From: Patescibacteria group bacterium
Lineage (GTDB): Bacteria > Patescibacteriota > Patescibacteriia > Patescibacteriales > JBAZCA01
NCBI GenBank assembly: GCA_041661405.1
Contig: JBAZUL010000009.1
Location: 464 to 64,463, forward strand
Length of the DNA stretch: 64,000 nt
Direction of reading: 5' to 3'
Part shown: piece by piece, positions 1-8,233 of the stretch
How positions within the stretch are numbered: the stretch's first letter is position 1
Layout of the letters: every line of letters starts with the position of its first letter
Translations under genes and position numbers: made by a program
Notes under the pieces: model-generated
Told to the model about the DNA's origin: nothing
Database searches by the model: none
Seen by the model: the letters and a program-made list of their open reading frames with translations, nothing else

Positions 1-84
1 AGATTGTTTAATAAGGCTTTCCAGAGCGGCGTCAAGCTCTTTCGCGTGGTTATAGAGCGGAATTATTACGCTGATGACCGGCAT
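1..84 (-). CDS. glycosyltransferase family 2, N-terminal fragment (gene runs off the window start)
   Basis: The minus-strand ATG at 84-82 reads MPVISVIIPLYNHAKELDAALESLIKQS. The ISVIIPxYN opening is typical of GT2 enzymes. The fragment is too short for the ORF track. Confidence 0.5.
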   Translation of the reverse strand, partial: MPVISVIIPLYNHAKELDAALESLIKQS

Positions 85-110
85 ATAAAGACTTTTGCTT
101 AGTTTATTCC

Positions 111-146
111 AATAAAAATCCCCGCCTTACGCGGGGATTTTTTTGA
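111..146 (-). terminator. rho-independent terminator after hup
   Basis: Hairpin CCCCGC-cttac-GCGGGG at 120-136 is flanked by an A-run on one side and a T-run on the other, 17 nt below the hup stop. Confidence 0.7.
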
Positions 147-152
147 TTTGAC

Positions 153-434
153 TTAAAGGACTGCTTCCTTGGCCGCTTTAGCTACCCTGAACTTCACTAC
201 GGTTTTAGCCGGGATGTTTATGGATTCGCCGGTGGCCGGGTTGCGGCCGACGCGAGCCGCCCGTTGGACCTTTACCAGCTTGCCGATTCCCGGAACGACG
301 AATTCGCCGTTCTTTTTAACTTCAGTTAAAGCCAGATCGGTAAACTTGTCCATGAAATTACCGACTTCTTTTTTTGACATCCCGGTCTGGTTGGCCATTG
401 CCTCCAAAATCTGGGATTTAGTCAGTTTTGCCAT
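153..434 (-). CDS. hup: HU family DNA-binding protein
   Basis: The 93-aa product contains GFGxF-like VPGIGKLVKVQRAARVGRNPATGESINIPAKTVVKF, the classic HU/IHF arm. Confidence 0.92.
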   Translation of the reverse strand: MAKLTKSQILEAMANQTGMSKKEVGNFMDKFTDLALTEVKKNGEFVVPGIGKLVKVQRAARVGRNPATGESINIPAKTVVKFRVAKAAKEAVL

Positions 435-603
435 AATTGTAAATAGCGGGCTCTTCCTCGCTCCTTAAAGGCTCCTGGGGATTAAGGCAGCGCCCGAAAA
501 ACCGCGACGCGATTTTTTTAGGCAGTGCCCGGCCTGAAAGAGTTTGTATCCAGCCTCGCTTTTATTAAATTATATTTAAATTGATTTAAGGAGCTATACA
601 GGT

Positions 604-632
604 ATTATACACTAATTCCGAAGAAATGTGAA
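604..632 (-). promoter_or_regulatory. candidate sigma70-type promoter for hup
   Basis: The minus strand reads TTCACA-17 nt-TATAAT. This implies a leader of about 160 nt, so the assignment is tentative. Confidence 0.4.
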
Positions 633-675
633 TATTAAGGCATTTTTTAAACAACCGGCACGGGATTGACTAAAC

Positions 676-697
676 CCCTGCCTGCCGGCAGGCAGGG
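676..697. repeat. perfect 22-nt GC-rich palindrome just downstream of tRNA-Trp
   Basis: ccctgcctgcc|ggcaggcaggg is perfectly self-complementary. A near copy lies at 45527-45548. Confidence 0.8.
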
Positions 698-718
698 AAC
701 CCACGCCCGACTAATTCG

Positions 719-789
719 CACGGGTGGAGGGAATCGAACCCCCAGTTCAGCTTTTGGAGAGCTGTGGTTTACCATTAACCGACACCCGC
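719..789 (-). tRNA. tRNA-Trp (anticodon CCA)
   Basis: A hand-folded 71-nt cloverleaf has acceptor GCGGGTG/CACCCGT, D stem GGTT/AACC, anticodon stem CAGCT/AGCTG with loop CTCCAAA, T arm GGGGG-TTCGATT-CCCTC and discriminator G. No CCA is encoded. Confidence 0.85.
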
Positions 790-800
790 ATTAAACCCAA

Positions 801-1832
801 TCATTTTTCCAGTATATCTCCGTATTCAAGTTCGTAAATATGCAGGATCGTAACGGCCACCGATATTATCAGGGGTCCGAATACCACCCCCCAAAAACCG
901 AATACCGCGACACCGCCGATAATGGAAAATATGATAAAAAGCGGATGGACCTGAGCTTTACCCTTTATAATATAGGCTCTGATAATATTGTCAATAACGC
1001 TGATTACTCCGAAGCCCCAGATTAAAAGGAAAATTCCCTGCCAGATACTGCCGGTGAGAAGGAGATAAATAGCCGCCGGAAACCAAACCGCGGCCGAGCC
1101 GATATACGGCAGAGGCGACAATATTACCATCAGTACGCCTCCGAGAAAAGCCGGCAGTCCGACGATGAAAAATCCCAGCGCGCCGAGAGCGCCTTGCGTA
1201 ATACTAATGACAAACGTTGACACCATGGCTGAAAGGCTCACGTCCTTAAATTTGCGAAATATCCTTTCGTCGTACTTATTTGGCAAAGGCGTCCAGCGCA
1301 TGACCCTTTTTAGCATTGCTTCACCGTCTATGAGAAAAAAGAACAGGGAAAGTATTATAAGAACCAGGGAAAAAATAAAGCTGGTCGTGCCTTTAATCAG
1401 GCCGGTGGCCGCGGCAAAAATCCAGTTATTAACTTCTTTCAGCGCGTCAAGAAGATAACTTCTGAGAGCGGCGTCCGAGAAAGAAAAACGGGCGAGATAA
1501 CGGCTATGGATCAGCGCGTCAAGTTTGTCCTGACTTAAAAAAGCGGAAAGATCCGCGTATGCCTCAATGAGCTTTTGGGCGGCGTAAACGATAAAATTGG
1601 CAATCGGCGCCAACGCGAAAATCATAACAGCCAGACAAATGATTAAAGCCGACGTTTTTCTTCGTCCGCCCAGGAAAGCTGATAGCCAGATAAATAACGG
1701 ATAAAAAATTGAAGCAAGAACCCCGGCAACAATTATTTCAGGAAGCAACGGCCGAAAAACCGCGTAGCAAAGATAAAGGATACTGGCCAGTATCAGTAAA
1801 AGAAAAACCCTTGGGATTATGGATTTTTCCAT
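801..1832 (-). CDS. AI-2E family transporter (PerM/UPF0118-like permease)
   Basis: This 343-aa polytopic membrane protein has the length, TM layout and C-terminal G-rich helices characteristic of the AI-2E family. Confidence 0.7.
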   Translation of the reverse strand: MEKSIIPRVFLLLILASILYLCYAVFRPLLPEIIVAGVLASIFYPLFIWLSAFLGGRRKTSALIICLAVMIFALAPIANFIVYAAQKLIEAYADLSAFLSQDKLDALIHSRYLARFSFSDAALRSYLLDALKEVNNWIFAAATGLIKGTTSFIFSLVLIILSLFFFLIDGEAMLKRVMRWTPLPNKYDERIFRKFKDVSLSAMVSTFVISITQGALGALGFFIVGLPAFLGGVLMVILSPLPYIGSAAVWFPAAIYLLLTGSIWQGIFLLIWGFGVISVIDNIIRAYIIKGKAQVHPLFIIFSIIGGVAVFGFWGVVFGPLIISVAVTILHIYELEYGDILEK

Positions 1833-1857
1833 AATTTAGAATTGCAAAATAAAGTTA

Positions 1858-2013
1858 TTATTTGGTTTCTTTGTGCAACGTGTGTTTAACGCAATGTTTG
1901 CAGAATTTTTTTAACTGCAGACGATCTTTCAGCAGTTTTTTATTTTTACGGGAAAAGTAATTAACTCTCCTGCATTCGCCGCATTCCATTTTTATCATGT
2001 TATCCTGGGACAT
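1858..2013 (-). CDS. rpmG: 50S ribosomal protein L33
   Basis: [51 protein letters not shown] has the CxxC...CxxC zinc ribbon and the HKETK end. The track ORF start at 2055 is an extension through a heptamer repeat, so the start was moved to the ATG at 2013. Confidence 0.9.
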   Translation of the reverse strand: MSQDNMIKMECGECRRVNYFSRKNKKLLKDRLQLKKFCKHCVKHTLHKETK

Positions 2014-2021
2014 ATTCAAAA

Positions 2022-2051
2022 AATTTCCAATTTCCAATTTCCAATTTCCAA
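2022..2051. repeat. tandem heptanucleotide array (AATTTCC)x4, equal to (GGAAATT)n on the minus strand
   Basis: Four perfect 7-nt units lie directly upstream of the rpmG start codon. Confidence 0.9.
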
Positions 2052-2156
2052 ACAATACTTAAATTTCAATTTACCAAGAATATCAATTTATAATTTGACC
2101 CTTGAAATTTGTCTGGTTATGGTATTTTGTGTCTTGGAGTTTATATTAAAATTAAT

Positions 2157-3242
2157 TTATTCCGTTTTTACCGAATACCCGATCGGTACGATTTCTATCC
2201 AGGTTGTTCCCGGGTTAAGCTTAATTTCCCGGCCGTCAGTATAAAAATAGGCGGTTTTTAAATTATCGTTCTTCTTTTTCCAAACCGCTTCAGCGCAAAT
2301 CCCGTCGGCGCAAATTTTAGCCTTTCCTTCGCCAATATCCGTGATTGCCCTTCTTCCCTGCTCATCAATTATCGCGCTCCGGACAAAGCGGATTATGACG
2401 TTTTTCGCCCTAATTTCGCTTCCGTCTTCGTCAAGATGGGGTGTTCCGCCCTGCGCTCTCGCGTAATCGTTTCTAATCTTATCATACTTCCAGCTGGCTG
2501 TAAAATCGTTTCCTTTGTAAAATACGGTAATTTCGGAGCTTTCCGGCCGTTCGGCGGAAAGCGCTTCTTCTTTATATTTAAAAGGCGCTATTCCTTCCTG
2601 CCCGATATTCTCTATCTTTTTTCGCGTGGCATACTCTGACAATCTATCTCCGGATGTATAAACATTATGCGGCGCCGGCCGGGAGGTTTCTCTCCAAAAA
2701 CTTCCGGCGTTGTAGAATTCGTTTAGATCCTCAATATCAGCGCCATAAATTTTTTTCAGCGCTTCGGGACTGCCTCCGCAATGAACATAAAGCGCCTTGA
2801 ATTCATCCGCCCAGCCGACGTAATACGGCCGCGCGCTTCTAATCGGTCCGATCTTTGAAATACCATCGGTATCGGCAAAAATCGCCAGGAATCTCGTTAT
2901 TCCTCCTTCGGCTTCGGCCTCATATACCAAACTGGCTCGCGCTAAACCGGAAGAAGGCCGGGAATCGGGATGATTTTCAATCATCACCGCGGCAGGCAGT
3001 AAATTTTCCTTTCCCAAAGGAACTTTAACTCCGTCAATTATCCGGGCAACGGAAATTTCCGCGTTTTTATTATTCGGCGAACCGTTTTCGACGGCCAGCT
3101 CAGGCTGATTTTTGAAAAATCTTTCTTTAAAGAATCTGGCCCGCAATTCTCCACCGGCAAGAAATCCAAAAATAACAATTAAACCCAGGCCGGCGAAAAG
3201 GGGCCATATTCTTTTTAGCGTGCTTAATCCTCCGTATCGCAT
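2157..3242 (-). CDS. DUF3048 domain-containing membrane-anchored protein
   Basis: PAAVMIENHPDSRPSSGLARASLVYEAEAEGGITRFLAIFA and GPIRSARPYY are DUF3048 hallmarks. The start was moved to the ATG at 3242 (MRYGG...) because the track start overlaps the rplY 3' end. Confidence 0.7.
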   Translation of the reverse strand: MRYGGLSTLKRIWPLFAGLGLIVIFGFLAGGELRARFFKERFFKNQPELAVENGSPNNKNAEISVARIIDGVKVPLGKENLLPAAVMIENHPDSRPSSGLARASLVYEAEAEGGITRFLAIFADTDGISKIGPIRSARPYYVGWADEFKALYVHCGGSPEALKKIYGADIEDLNEFYNAGSFWRETSRPAPHNVYTSGDRLSEYATRKKIENIGQEGIAPFKYKEEALSAERPESSEITVFYKGNDFTASWKYDKIRNDYARAQGGTPHLDEDGSEIRAKNVIIRFVRSAIIDEQGRRAITDIGEGKAKICADGICAEAVWKKKNDNLKTAYFYTDGREIKLNPGTTWIEIVPIGYSVKTE

Positions 3243-3252
3243 CTTATGATAA

Positions 3253-3927
3253 TTATTTTTTTTCTCCGGCTTTTCCTTTTGCTTCTTCGCCTTCAGCTTT
3301 CTCTTCCTTTCCTTTGGTAACCACCTCAACATCTTCCACGCTCACCGGCGCTACCGGCTCTTCTTCAAGCTTAGGCGGTACGACGCTCGCGATAATGATT
3401 TCTCCGTCGGCCAGCGCTTTAATTCCTTTAGGAAGATCTATATCGCTCACCTTAAGGGAATCATCAAGGTTTTCCATCCGGGAAATATCAACCCGGATTT
3501 CATGTACCAAATCGTCAGGAAGACATTCAATCTCAATTGAGTCAAGATTTTTAATAAGTGATCCTCCCTGCTCTTTTACAGCCTTGGATTCACCGATGAA
3601 CGCGAGAGGAATTTCGGTAACCACTTTCTTTTTCATGTCAACCTGGAAAAAATCTACATGGCTTAAAAGGTCTTTTACGGGGTCTTTTTGCACATCGTAA
3701 ATAAGAACCTTGACCGGTTTTTCCGAATCAATCGCTAATTCTAAGAGGGTATTTTCACCCGCTTGGGCGTAAACTTTTTCAAATTCGTTTTTTAGGACTT
3801 TAAGCGTCCGGGTCGTCTGGCCGCCGCCGTAAAGCACGGCTGGCAAATAACCCGCTTTGCGAATAGCTTGGGCTTTGCCGTTTGTTTCTTCGCGTTTAAA
3901 AGCCTTTAGGTTTACTGTTTTTTCCAT
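3253..3927 (-). CDS. rplY: 50S ribosomal protein L25 / general stress protein Ctc
   Basis: RKAGYLPAVLYGGGQ, a beta-barrel region and an acidic/lysine-rich tail are typical of the long Ctc form. Confidence 0.9.
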   Translation of the reverse strand: MEKTVNLKAFKREETNGKAQAIRKAGYLPAVLYGGGQTTRTLKVLKNEFEKVYAQAGENTLLELAIDSEKPVKVLIYDVQKDPVKDLLSHVDFFQVDMKKKVVTEIPLAFIGESKAVKEQGGSLIKNLDSIEIECLPDDLVHEIRVDISRMENLDDSLKVSDIDLPKGIKALADGEIIIASVVPPKLEEEPVAPVSVEDVEVVTKGKEEKAEGEEAKGKAGEKK

Positions 3928-4026
3928 ATTTATATTTTTTACAAATTAACGAATCACGCGACAATAAGCGCGAATACAAGTTAACTATTCGTAAAATCGT
4001 TGTATAATCCGTTGATTCGTTAGTAT

Positions 4027-5133
4027 TTAATAATTTATCCGGCTTCTGATTATAATGCTTTCCATGATTCCGACAAGAATCAGGCTGGAAACCAGGGCTG
4101 ATCCGCCATAGCTTACGAAAGGTAAAGAAATACCGACCACCGGCAGGAGGCCTATGTTCATACCAATATTAATAAACATTTCAATAAAAATCAAGCTCAC
4201 GGCCCCTAAAATGAAAAAAATGCTTGAGTCGTCCTTTAAACGTTTAATCAAAATAGCGCCGCGGTAGAAAAAAACCGAGAAAAAAGTAAGCACCAGCGCG
4301 ACCCCCAAAAGACCGAGTTCTTCGGCTATTACCGCGAAAATAAAATCATTTTGGCTCTCCGGCAGGAATCTTAACTGCGATTGCGACCCGAAACCGATAC
4401 CCCGTCCGGTAAACCGACCCGCTCCGACCGCTATCATGGCCTGGTTGACGTTATAGCCTTCTTTAAGGCTTTTGGATTCGGGATTGGCAAAGGTCATAAC
4501 CCGTTCTTTTTGGTATGGCTTTAAATAAAAAAACCAGCCGCCGGCGGCAAGAATTCCTCCGATCAAAAAAATCGTTAAAAGATATTTTTTGCTGTAGCCG
4601 GAAAAAACGAGCATGGCGAGCCAAAGGAGAATCAATATCATGGCGGAGCCGAAGTCGGGCTGGGCCATAATCAGCCCGGCAAAAATTAAAAGGAAAAAAA
4701 AGGAGATGAAAAAATTTTTAAATGACTTCAGCCCAAAATTCATCCTTGAATAAAAATAAGAGAAAAACAGTATGGCCGCGATTTTGGCGATTTCCACCGG
4801 CTGGAAGCGGACTCCGGCGATATCAAACCAACCCTTAGTTCCTCTTATGGTCGCGCCGAAAAACAAAACCGCGAGAAGCGCTATCGCGGTTAAGCCATAA
4901 AGATAAGGCGCCAGTCCCCTTAAATCATTAAAATCCAGAAACGAAAAAACAAAAAGTAAAACCAGCCCGGCCAGAGCGAAAAACAGTTGTTTTTTAAAGT
5001 TATTCAGGCTCTGGTCCCCCTGTCCGAGCGATACGCTGAATATTTCAACAAGGCCGTAGATGACCAGAAGCATCACGGGAATAAAAAGTATCCAGTCAAA
5101 ATTTTTCAGACGGATGATTATTTTTTTTAGCAT
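4027..5133 (-). CDS. FtsW/RodA/SpoVE (SEDS) family peptidoglycan glycosyltransferase
   Basis: The 368-aa product has 10 TM segments, with QPDFGSAMI, ESQNDFIFAVIAEELG and LPFVSYGGSALV motifs. Confidence 0.9.
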   Translation of the reverse strand: MLKKIIIRLKNFDWILFIPVMLLVIYGLVEIFSVSLGQGDQSLNNFKKQLFFALAGLVLLFVFSFLDFNDLRGLAPYLYGLTAIALLAVLFFGATIRGTKGWFDIAGVRFQPVEIAKIAAILFFSYFYSRMNFGLKSFKNFFISFFFLLIFAGLIMAQPDFGSAMILILLWLAMLVFSGYSKKYLLTIFLIGGILAAGGWFFYLKPYQKERVMTFANPESKSLKEGYNVNQAMIAVGAGRFTGRGIGFGSQSQLRFLPESQNDFIFAVIAEELGLLGVALVLTFFSVFFYRGAILIKRLKDDSSIFFILGAVSLIFIEMFINIGMNIGLLPVVGISLPFVSYGGSALVSSLILVGIMESIIIRSRINY

Positions 5134-5151
5134 GTCCGAAAATCACAATAA

Positions 5152-6138
5152 TTAGTCGCGCTGGCCGGGACCGGGTTGCCCTTCAAAATCCATGTAAATG
5201 TCATTCCTCATAATATTCAGGCGGGGAATAATTTTTACTTCGGACGCGTAGGACGCGGACGTCGCCCAGCTTAAGGATATATCATGGCTTTCGCCGGACA
5301 TGAAATTCTCTTCAGTATATGAAGAAAGGCTTATAATCCGGCTTCCCTGATACAGAAGCGCCAAAAAATCAACGCTCCAGTAATTATAGGCGGTTTTGTT
5401 GGCGGCCGCAAACTGAACATTGGCAAAGTTGGTTTTTTTCGCGTTTTGGCCGTCTCCGCTGATGTCAAATTTCGGGTTTTCTATGGCAATATTCAGATGT
5501 TCATCTTTAAATTTCCGCCAGTCGGGTATTTCTTTAGCTTTAACCGGATGCCAGGCAATCTTATTTATTTTGAACTCCGCGCTGTAAGGGGTGGCTTCTG
5601 ATTCTTCGGACAGGGAGATGATAATTTTTTCCTCCCCGGGCAGGATGAAATCTTTTTTTTCGGACAGCTCTTCGCCGTTTACCCGAAACGTATAGGTAAA
5701 TTCGGCCCAATGTCTTGGGTTAGGATTTTTTGCTTCCAGTAAAAAATCGTAAGTTCCGGCCGAACCGTTGGCTAATGTTTGGACATCGCCGGTTTGGAGG
5801 GGTTCGGGCTGGTTGCTTTCAAAATATTCATGGCCCGCCACCCGGACGTTTGCCGCGTTATCCACCAAAGCCTGGTCTTCTTTCATGCCGACAAAAATAT
5901 AATAAACAAAACCGTAAAAGAAATAACCCCAGCCGAAAACCGAGACCGCGATTAAAAATCCGATCAAAGCCTTGCGCAGACGTTTAAGGTGCAAAATATA
6001 CCAAAGCCCGAAATTAAGTTTTTTGTCCGTTAACCCGGTCTGATCCGCGTAAGCGGGCGGACTTGCCTTGCGCGGTCCATCGGTGTCGCGGGACGAAGAA
6101 GGGCGGGTCTCAGCTTGGGATTCTTTTTTTGTTTGCAT
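5152..6138 (-). CDS. hypothetical membrane-anchored protein (disordered N-terminus, one TM region, extracytoplasmic domain)
   Basis: This is a long ORF. The start was set to the ATG at 6138 because the first 12 track codons translate the promoter at 6139-6174. Confidence 0.55.
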   Translation of the reverse strand: MQTKKESQAETRPSSSRDTDGPRKASPPAYADQTGLTDKKLNFGLWYILHLKRLRKALIGFLIAVSVFGWGYFFYGFVYYIFVGMKEDQALVDNAANVRVAGHEYFESNQPEPLQTGDVQTLANGSAGTYDFLLEAKNPNPRHWAEFTYTFRVNGEELSEKKDFILPGEEKIIISLSEESEATPYSAEFKINKIAWHPVKAKEIPDWRKFKDEHLNIAIENPKFDISGDGQNAKKTNFANVQFAAANKTAYNYWSVDFLALLYQGSRIISLSSYTEENFMSGESHDISLSWATSASYASEVKIIPRLNIMRNDIYMDFEGQPGPGQRD

Positions 6139-6174
6139 ATTAATCATAATAGCAAATTTACGAATTTCGTTCAA
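6139..6174 (-). promoter_or_regulatory. sigma70-type promoter abutting the start codon (leaderless architecture)
   Basis: The minus strand reads TTGAAC-17 nt (gaaattcgtaaatttgc)-TATTAT-7 nt-ATG. Confidence 0.65.
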
Positions 6175-6180
6175 TGGATT

Positions 6181-6231
6181 TTGACATCCAAACAGGTTTA
6201 ATGTAATCTTAAAACAGGTTTGCTAATCTTA
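6181..6231 (+). promoter_or_regulatory. promoter plus tandem direct-repeat operator of the toxin-antitoxin operon
   Basis: TTGACA(6181-6186)-17 nt-TAATCT is followed by two tandem copies of AAACAGGTTT..(G)TAATCTTA at 6190-6211 and 6212-6231. Confidence 0.5.
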
Positions 6232-6248
6232 TTTTAAATTTCAAAGCT

Positions 6249-6509
6249 ATGCTAAAGTCATTAACTTGCAATAAATCAATACCTCTGTCCTCGCTCAATG
6301 AAAAAACCGGACGCTTGCTTAAAGGCATAGCGAGCCTGACGGACGATAAGGGGGCGGTAAAGGGATTTTTTATTGACCTTAACTCATGGGAGGAACTTCT
6401 GGAAGATATGGAATCCGCCGCTCCGGAATTTTCCGAAGAAATGAGCCGTTCCAAGGCTTCGGGCCGGATTTCGGGCGCCAATATTAAAAAAACGTTTGGA
6501 ATCAAATAA
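6249..6509 (+). CDS. putative type II antitoxin
   Basis: This 86-aa ORF lies 6 nt upstream of a RelE/ParE toxin gene and has an acidic C-terminal half. The call rests on position and size only. Confidence 0.5.
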   Translation: MLKSLTCNKSIPLSSLNEKTGRLLKGIASLTDDKGAVKGFFIDLNSWEELLEDMESAAPEFSEEMSRSKASGRISGANIKKTFGIK

Positions 6510-6515
6510 AAATTT

Positions 6516-6794
6516 ATGCTCCGATTTGACTTTACCAAGGCCGCCAAAAAAGAGCTTGACCGGCTTCCGGCTGATACTGGAAAAAGGATTGTTGAAAAAA
6601 TAATCTTCTATTGTTCCCAATCCGAGCCGCTCAGGAATGCCAAGCATCTTTCCGCGGTCGGAGGAAAAATTTATCGTTTCCGGATCGGAGACTATCGGGT
6701 TGTTTTTGAGGCAGAAAAAAACGGTATTCTGATTACGAAAGTTGAACATCGGGGCAATATCTACAAAAGAATGCTTTTTGATGTTTTTCTTTAA
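6516..6794 (+). CDS. RelE/ParE family type II toxin
   Basis: The 92-aa product carries the characteristic RelE/ParE signature IYRFRIGDYRVVFEAEKNGILITKVEHRGNIY. Confidence 0.8.
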   Translation: MLRFDFTKAAKKELDRLPADTGKRIVEKIIFYCSQSEPLRNAKHLSAVGGKIYRFRIGDYRVVFEAEKNGILITKVEHRGNIYKRMLFDVFL

Positions 6795-6813
6795 ATAATA
6801 AAAAATTTTCCCG

Positions 6814-6848
6814 ACCACCCCGCGTTTGCTGGGTGGTTTTATTTTTTT
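6814..6848 (+). terminator. rho-independent terminator of the toxin-antitoxin operon
   Basis: Stem ACCACCC/GGGTGGT with a 10-nt loop is followed by TTTTATTTTTTT. Confidence 0.75.
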
Positions 6849-6850
6849 CC

Positions 6851-6912
6851 AAAAAAAAGCGGACAGGTGCGTTTAGTGTGATGCCAAAGCAAAACGCTAA
6901 ACGTCCCTGTCC
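6851..6912 (-). terminator. rho-independent terminator of the 6947-7825 gene (convergent with the previous terminator)
   Basis: A long stem (GGACAGG..GCGTTTAG / CTAAACG..CCTGTCC) is followed on the minus strand by T8. Confidence 0.7.
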
Positions 6913-6946
6913 CTATGTATTGGAGCTTGATGCCTATTTATTCATC

Positions 6947-7825
6947 TCATCTCCCGCCTGCTCCGGTCGGCGGCTGGCATATTTGGATACCGCCATACCC
7001 CCAGAAACAGAAGTTGCTTTGAGAGGATTTGCCGCTAATCGTGACCTCGGCGACCGGACAGGAATTTGCCAGGTTTTCGTAATAGTCGAGCGTCACTCTG
7101 AAAACGAACTGGAGCGTCCGGTTTCCCCACTGATCGGTTTTTTCTTCGACCGTTGACCCGGCCACGAAAGCGATTTGGTCGATAACAAGGCTGACCGGAT
7201 CGCCGACACGGATTGTTGTGTCGAAAAATGGTTGAAGAACAACCGCAATTTCCATATCCTGTGATCCGCGTCGACACGTTTTTATCACGTAGAACTGAAA
7301 CGGCTGGATGTCCATGACGCGGCTAGCCGAAAAGTAATAGCCCTTTGATATAGGAATACGAATTTCTATGAGGTAGCTCCCGTCTTCAGTGAAGTACTGC
7401 TGCCCGCTTCCTTTTCCTTCGGAGCCAACTACAGGGAAGCCAAAACTTCCCTCATTCATCCCCAACGGAAAAGAGCCAACACGGCGGCCATTCACAAAGA
7501 CTCGAGCTCGTTTCCCGGCCCAAAATTCCGACTGGAAGTTGACGTTGGCGGAAAAATACAGCCTGTTCACGGCTCCGCCCGTTTCCCAACCTCGCCAAAT
7601 ATCAACGACCGGTACATCCACATTTCCGCCAAACATTCCACTAACCGCGCTTGTGCCGACCGCTACCGTTGCGCCACTGGTGCTTTTTACAGCTACCTTT
7701 GCCGGAGGCGGGTTTTGCTCGCGACTATCACCCGCCAAGACCTCGGCGGGGTTGAAGGTTGCTAAAAAAGTAAACGAAAAAACGCCAATAACCATGGCCA
7801 GCAGAACACGTGTCAAACCTTTCAT
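6947..7825 (-). CDS. secreted hypothetical protein
   Basis: The ATG at 7825 is preceded by GGAGGA 5 nt upstream. The product starts with signal peptide MKGLTRVLLAMVIGVFSFTFLA. I recognise no family. Confidence 0.6.
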   Translation of the reverse strand: MKGLTRVLLAMVIGVFSFTFLATFNPAEVLAGDSREQNPPPAKVAVKSTSGATVAVGTSAVSGMFGGNVDVPVVDIWRGWETGGAVNRLYFSANVNFQSEFWAGKRARVFVNGRRVGSFPLGMNEGSFGFPVVGSEGKGSGQQYFTEDGSYLIEIRIPISKGYYFSASRVMDIQPFQFYVIKTCRRGSQDMEIAVVLQPFFDTTIRVGDPVSLVIDQIAFVAGSTVEEKTDQWGNRTLQFVFRVTLDYYENLANSCPVAEVTISGKSSQSNFCFWGYGGIQICQPPTGAGGR

Positions 7826-8014
7826 AACTTTCCTCCATTTCTTAATGTAAGGCACAGTTTTTGTTTTTTCCTCTCTTTCTTCCTCTTCGCTTCTAACCTC
7901 TTCCTTCCCGCTTCACCTCCCTTTCCGCCCAAAGTAAAAAATAGGCTTTAAATGTTAAAGATCAACGAAATTTGACAAAGACAACAAAAATCATTCCTTG
8001 CCAAATAACCGTTG

Positions 8015-8043
8015 AGCATAACAGAAGAAGAAGAGGAAGTCAA
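8015..8043 (-). promoter_or_regulatory. sigma70-type promoter with a leader of about 180 nt for the 6947-7825 gene
   Basis: The minus strand reads TTGACT-17 nt-TATGCT. The downstream leader contains a polypurine tract of about 70 nt (7862-7930). Confidence 0.5.
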
Positions 8044-8056
8044 GAGTGCCGAGCGC

Positions 8057-8164
8057 GTGAGCGAGACATCCCGCTGGCGAAGCTGGCGGGAACAACACCC
8101 CGTCCCGCAAGCGGGTCGGGATGATTTGCTCACACGCAAATCAAAAACCCCTTTTTTAAAGGGG
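8057..8164. repeat. 108-nt multi-hairpin intergenic repeat, copy A
   Basis: This is a direct repeat of 8539-8648. Its last ~70 nt are nearly identical to copy B (...gcgggtcgggatgatttgctcacacgcaaatcaaaaacccc...aaagggg). It contains four consecutive hairpins. Confidence 0.85.
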
Positions 8165-8233
8165 TATTAAAGATTTTTGGGTTGTATTTAACTTTAAATT
8201 TAGTTTTCAGCCAGACTGAAGTCCAATATTTCT

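Noticed and set aside
169-468. 99-aa plus-strand ORF
   Set aside because: It lies exactly antisense to the well-supported HU gene. It has no start context or recognisable motifs and is a shadow ORF.
7948-8139. 63-aa minus-strand ORF rich in Cys, Ser and Arg
   Set aside because: It begins inside multi-hairpin repeat copy A and then runs through the promoter at 8015-8043 into the 5' leader of the 6947-7825 gene. It has no SD, and the equivalent sequence in copy B is read in a different context. It is an artefact of structured GC-rich DNA.
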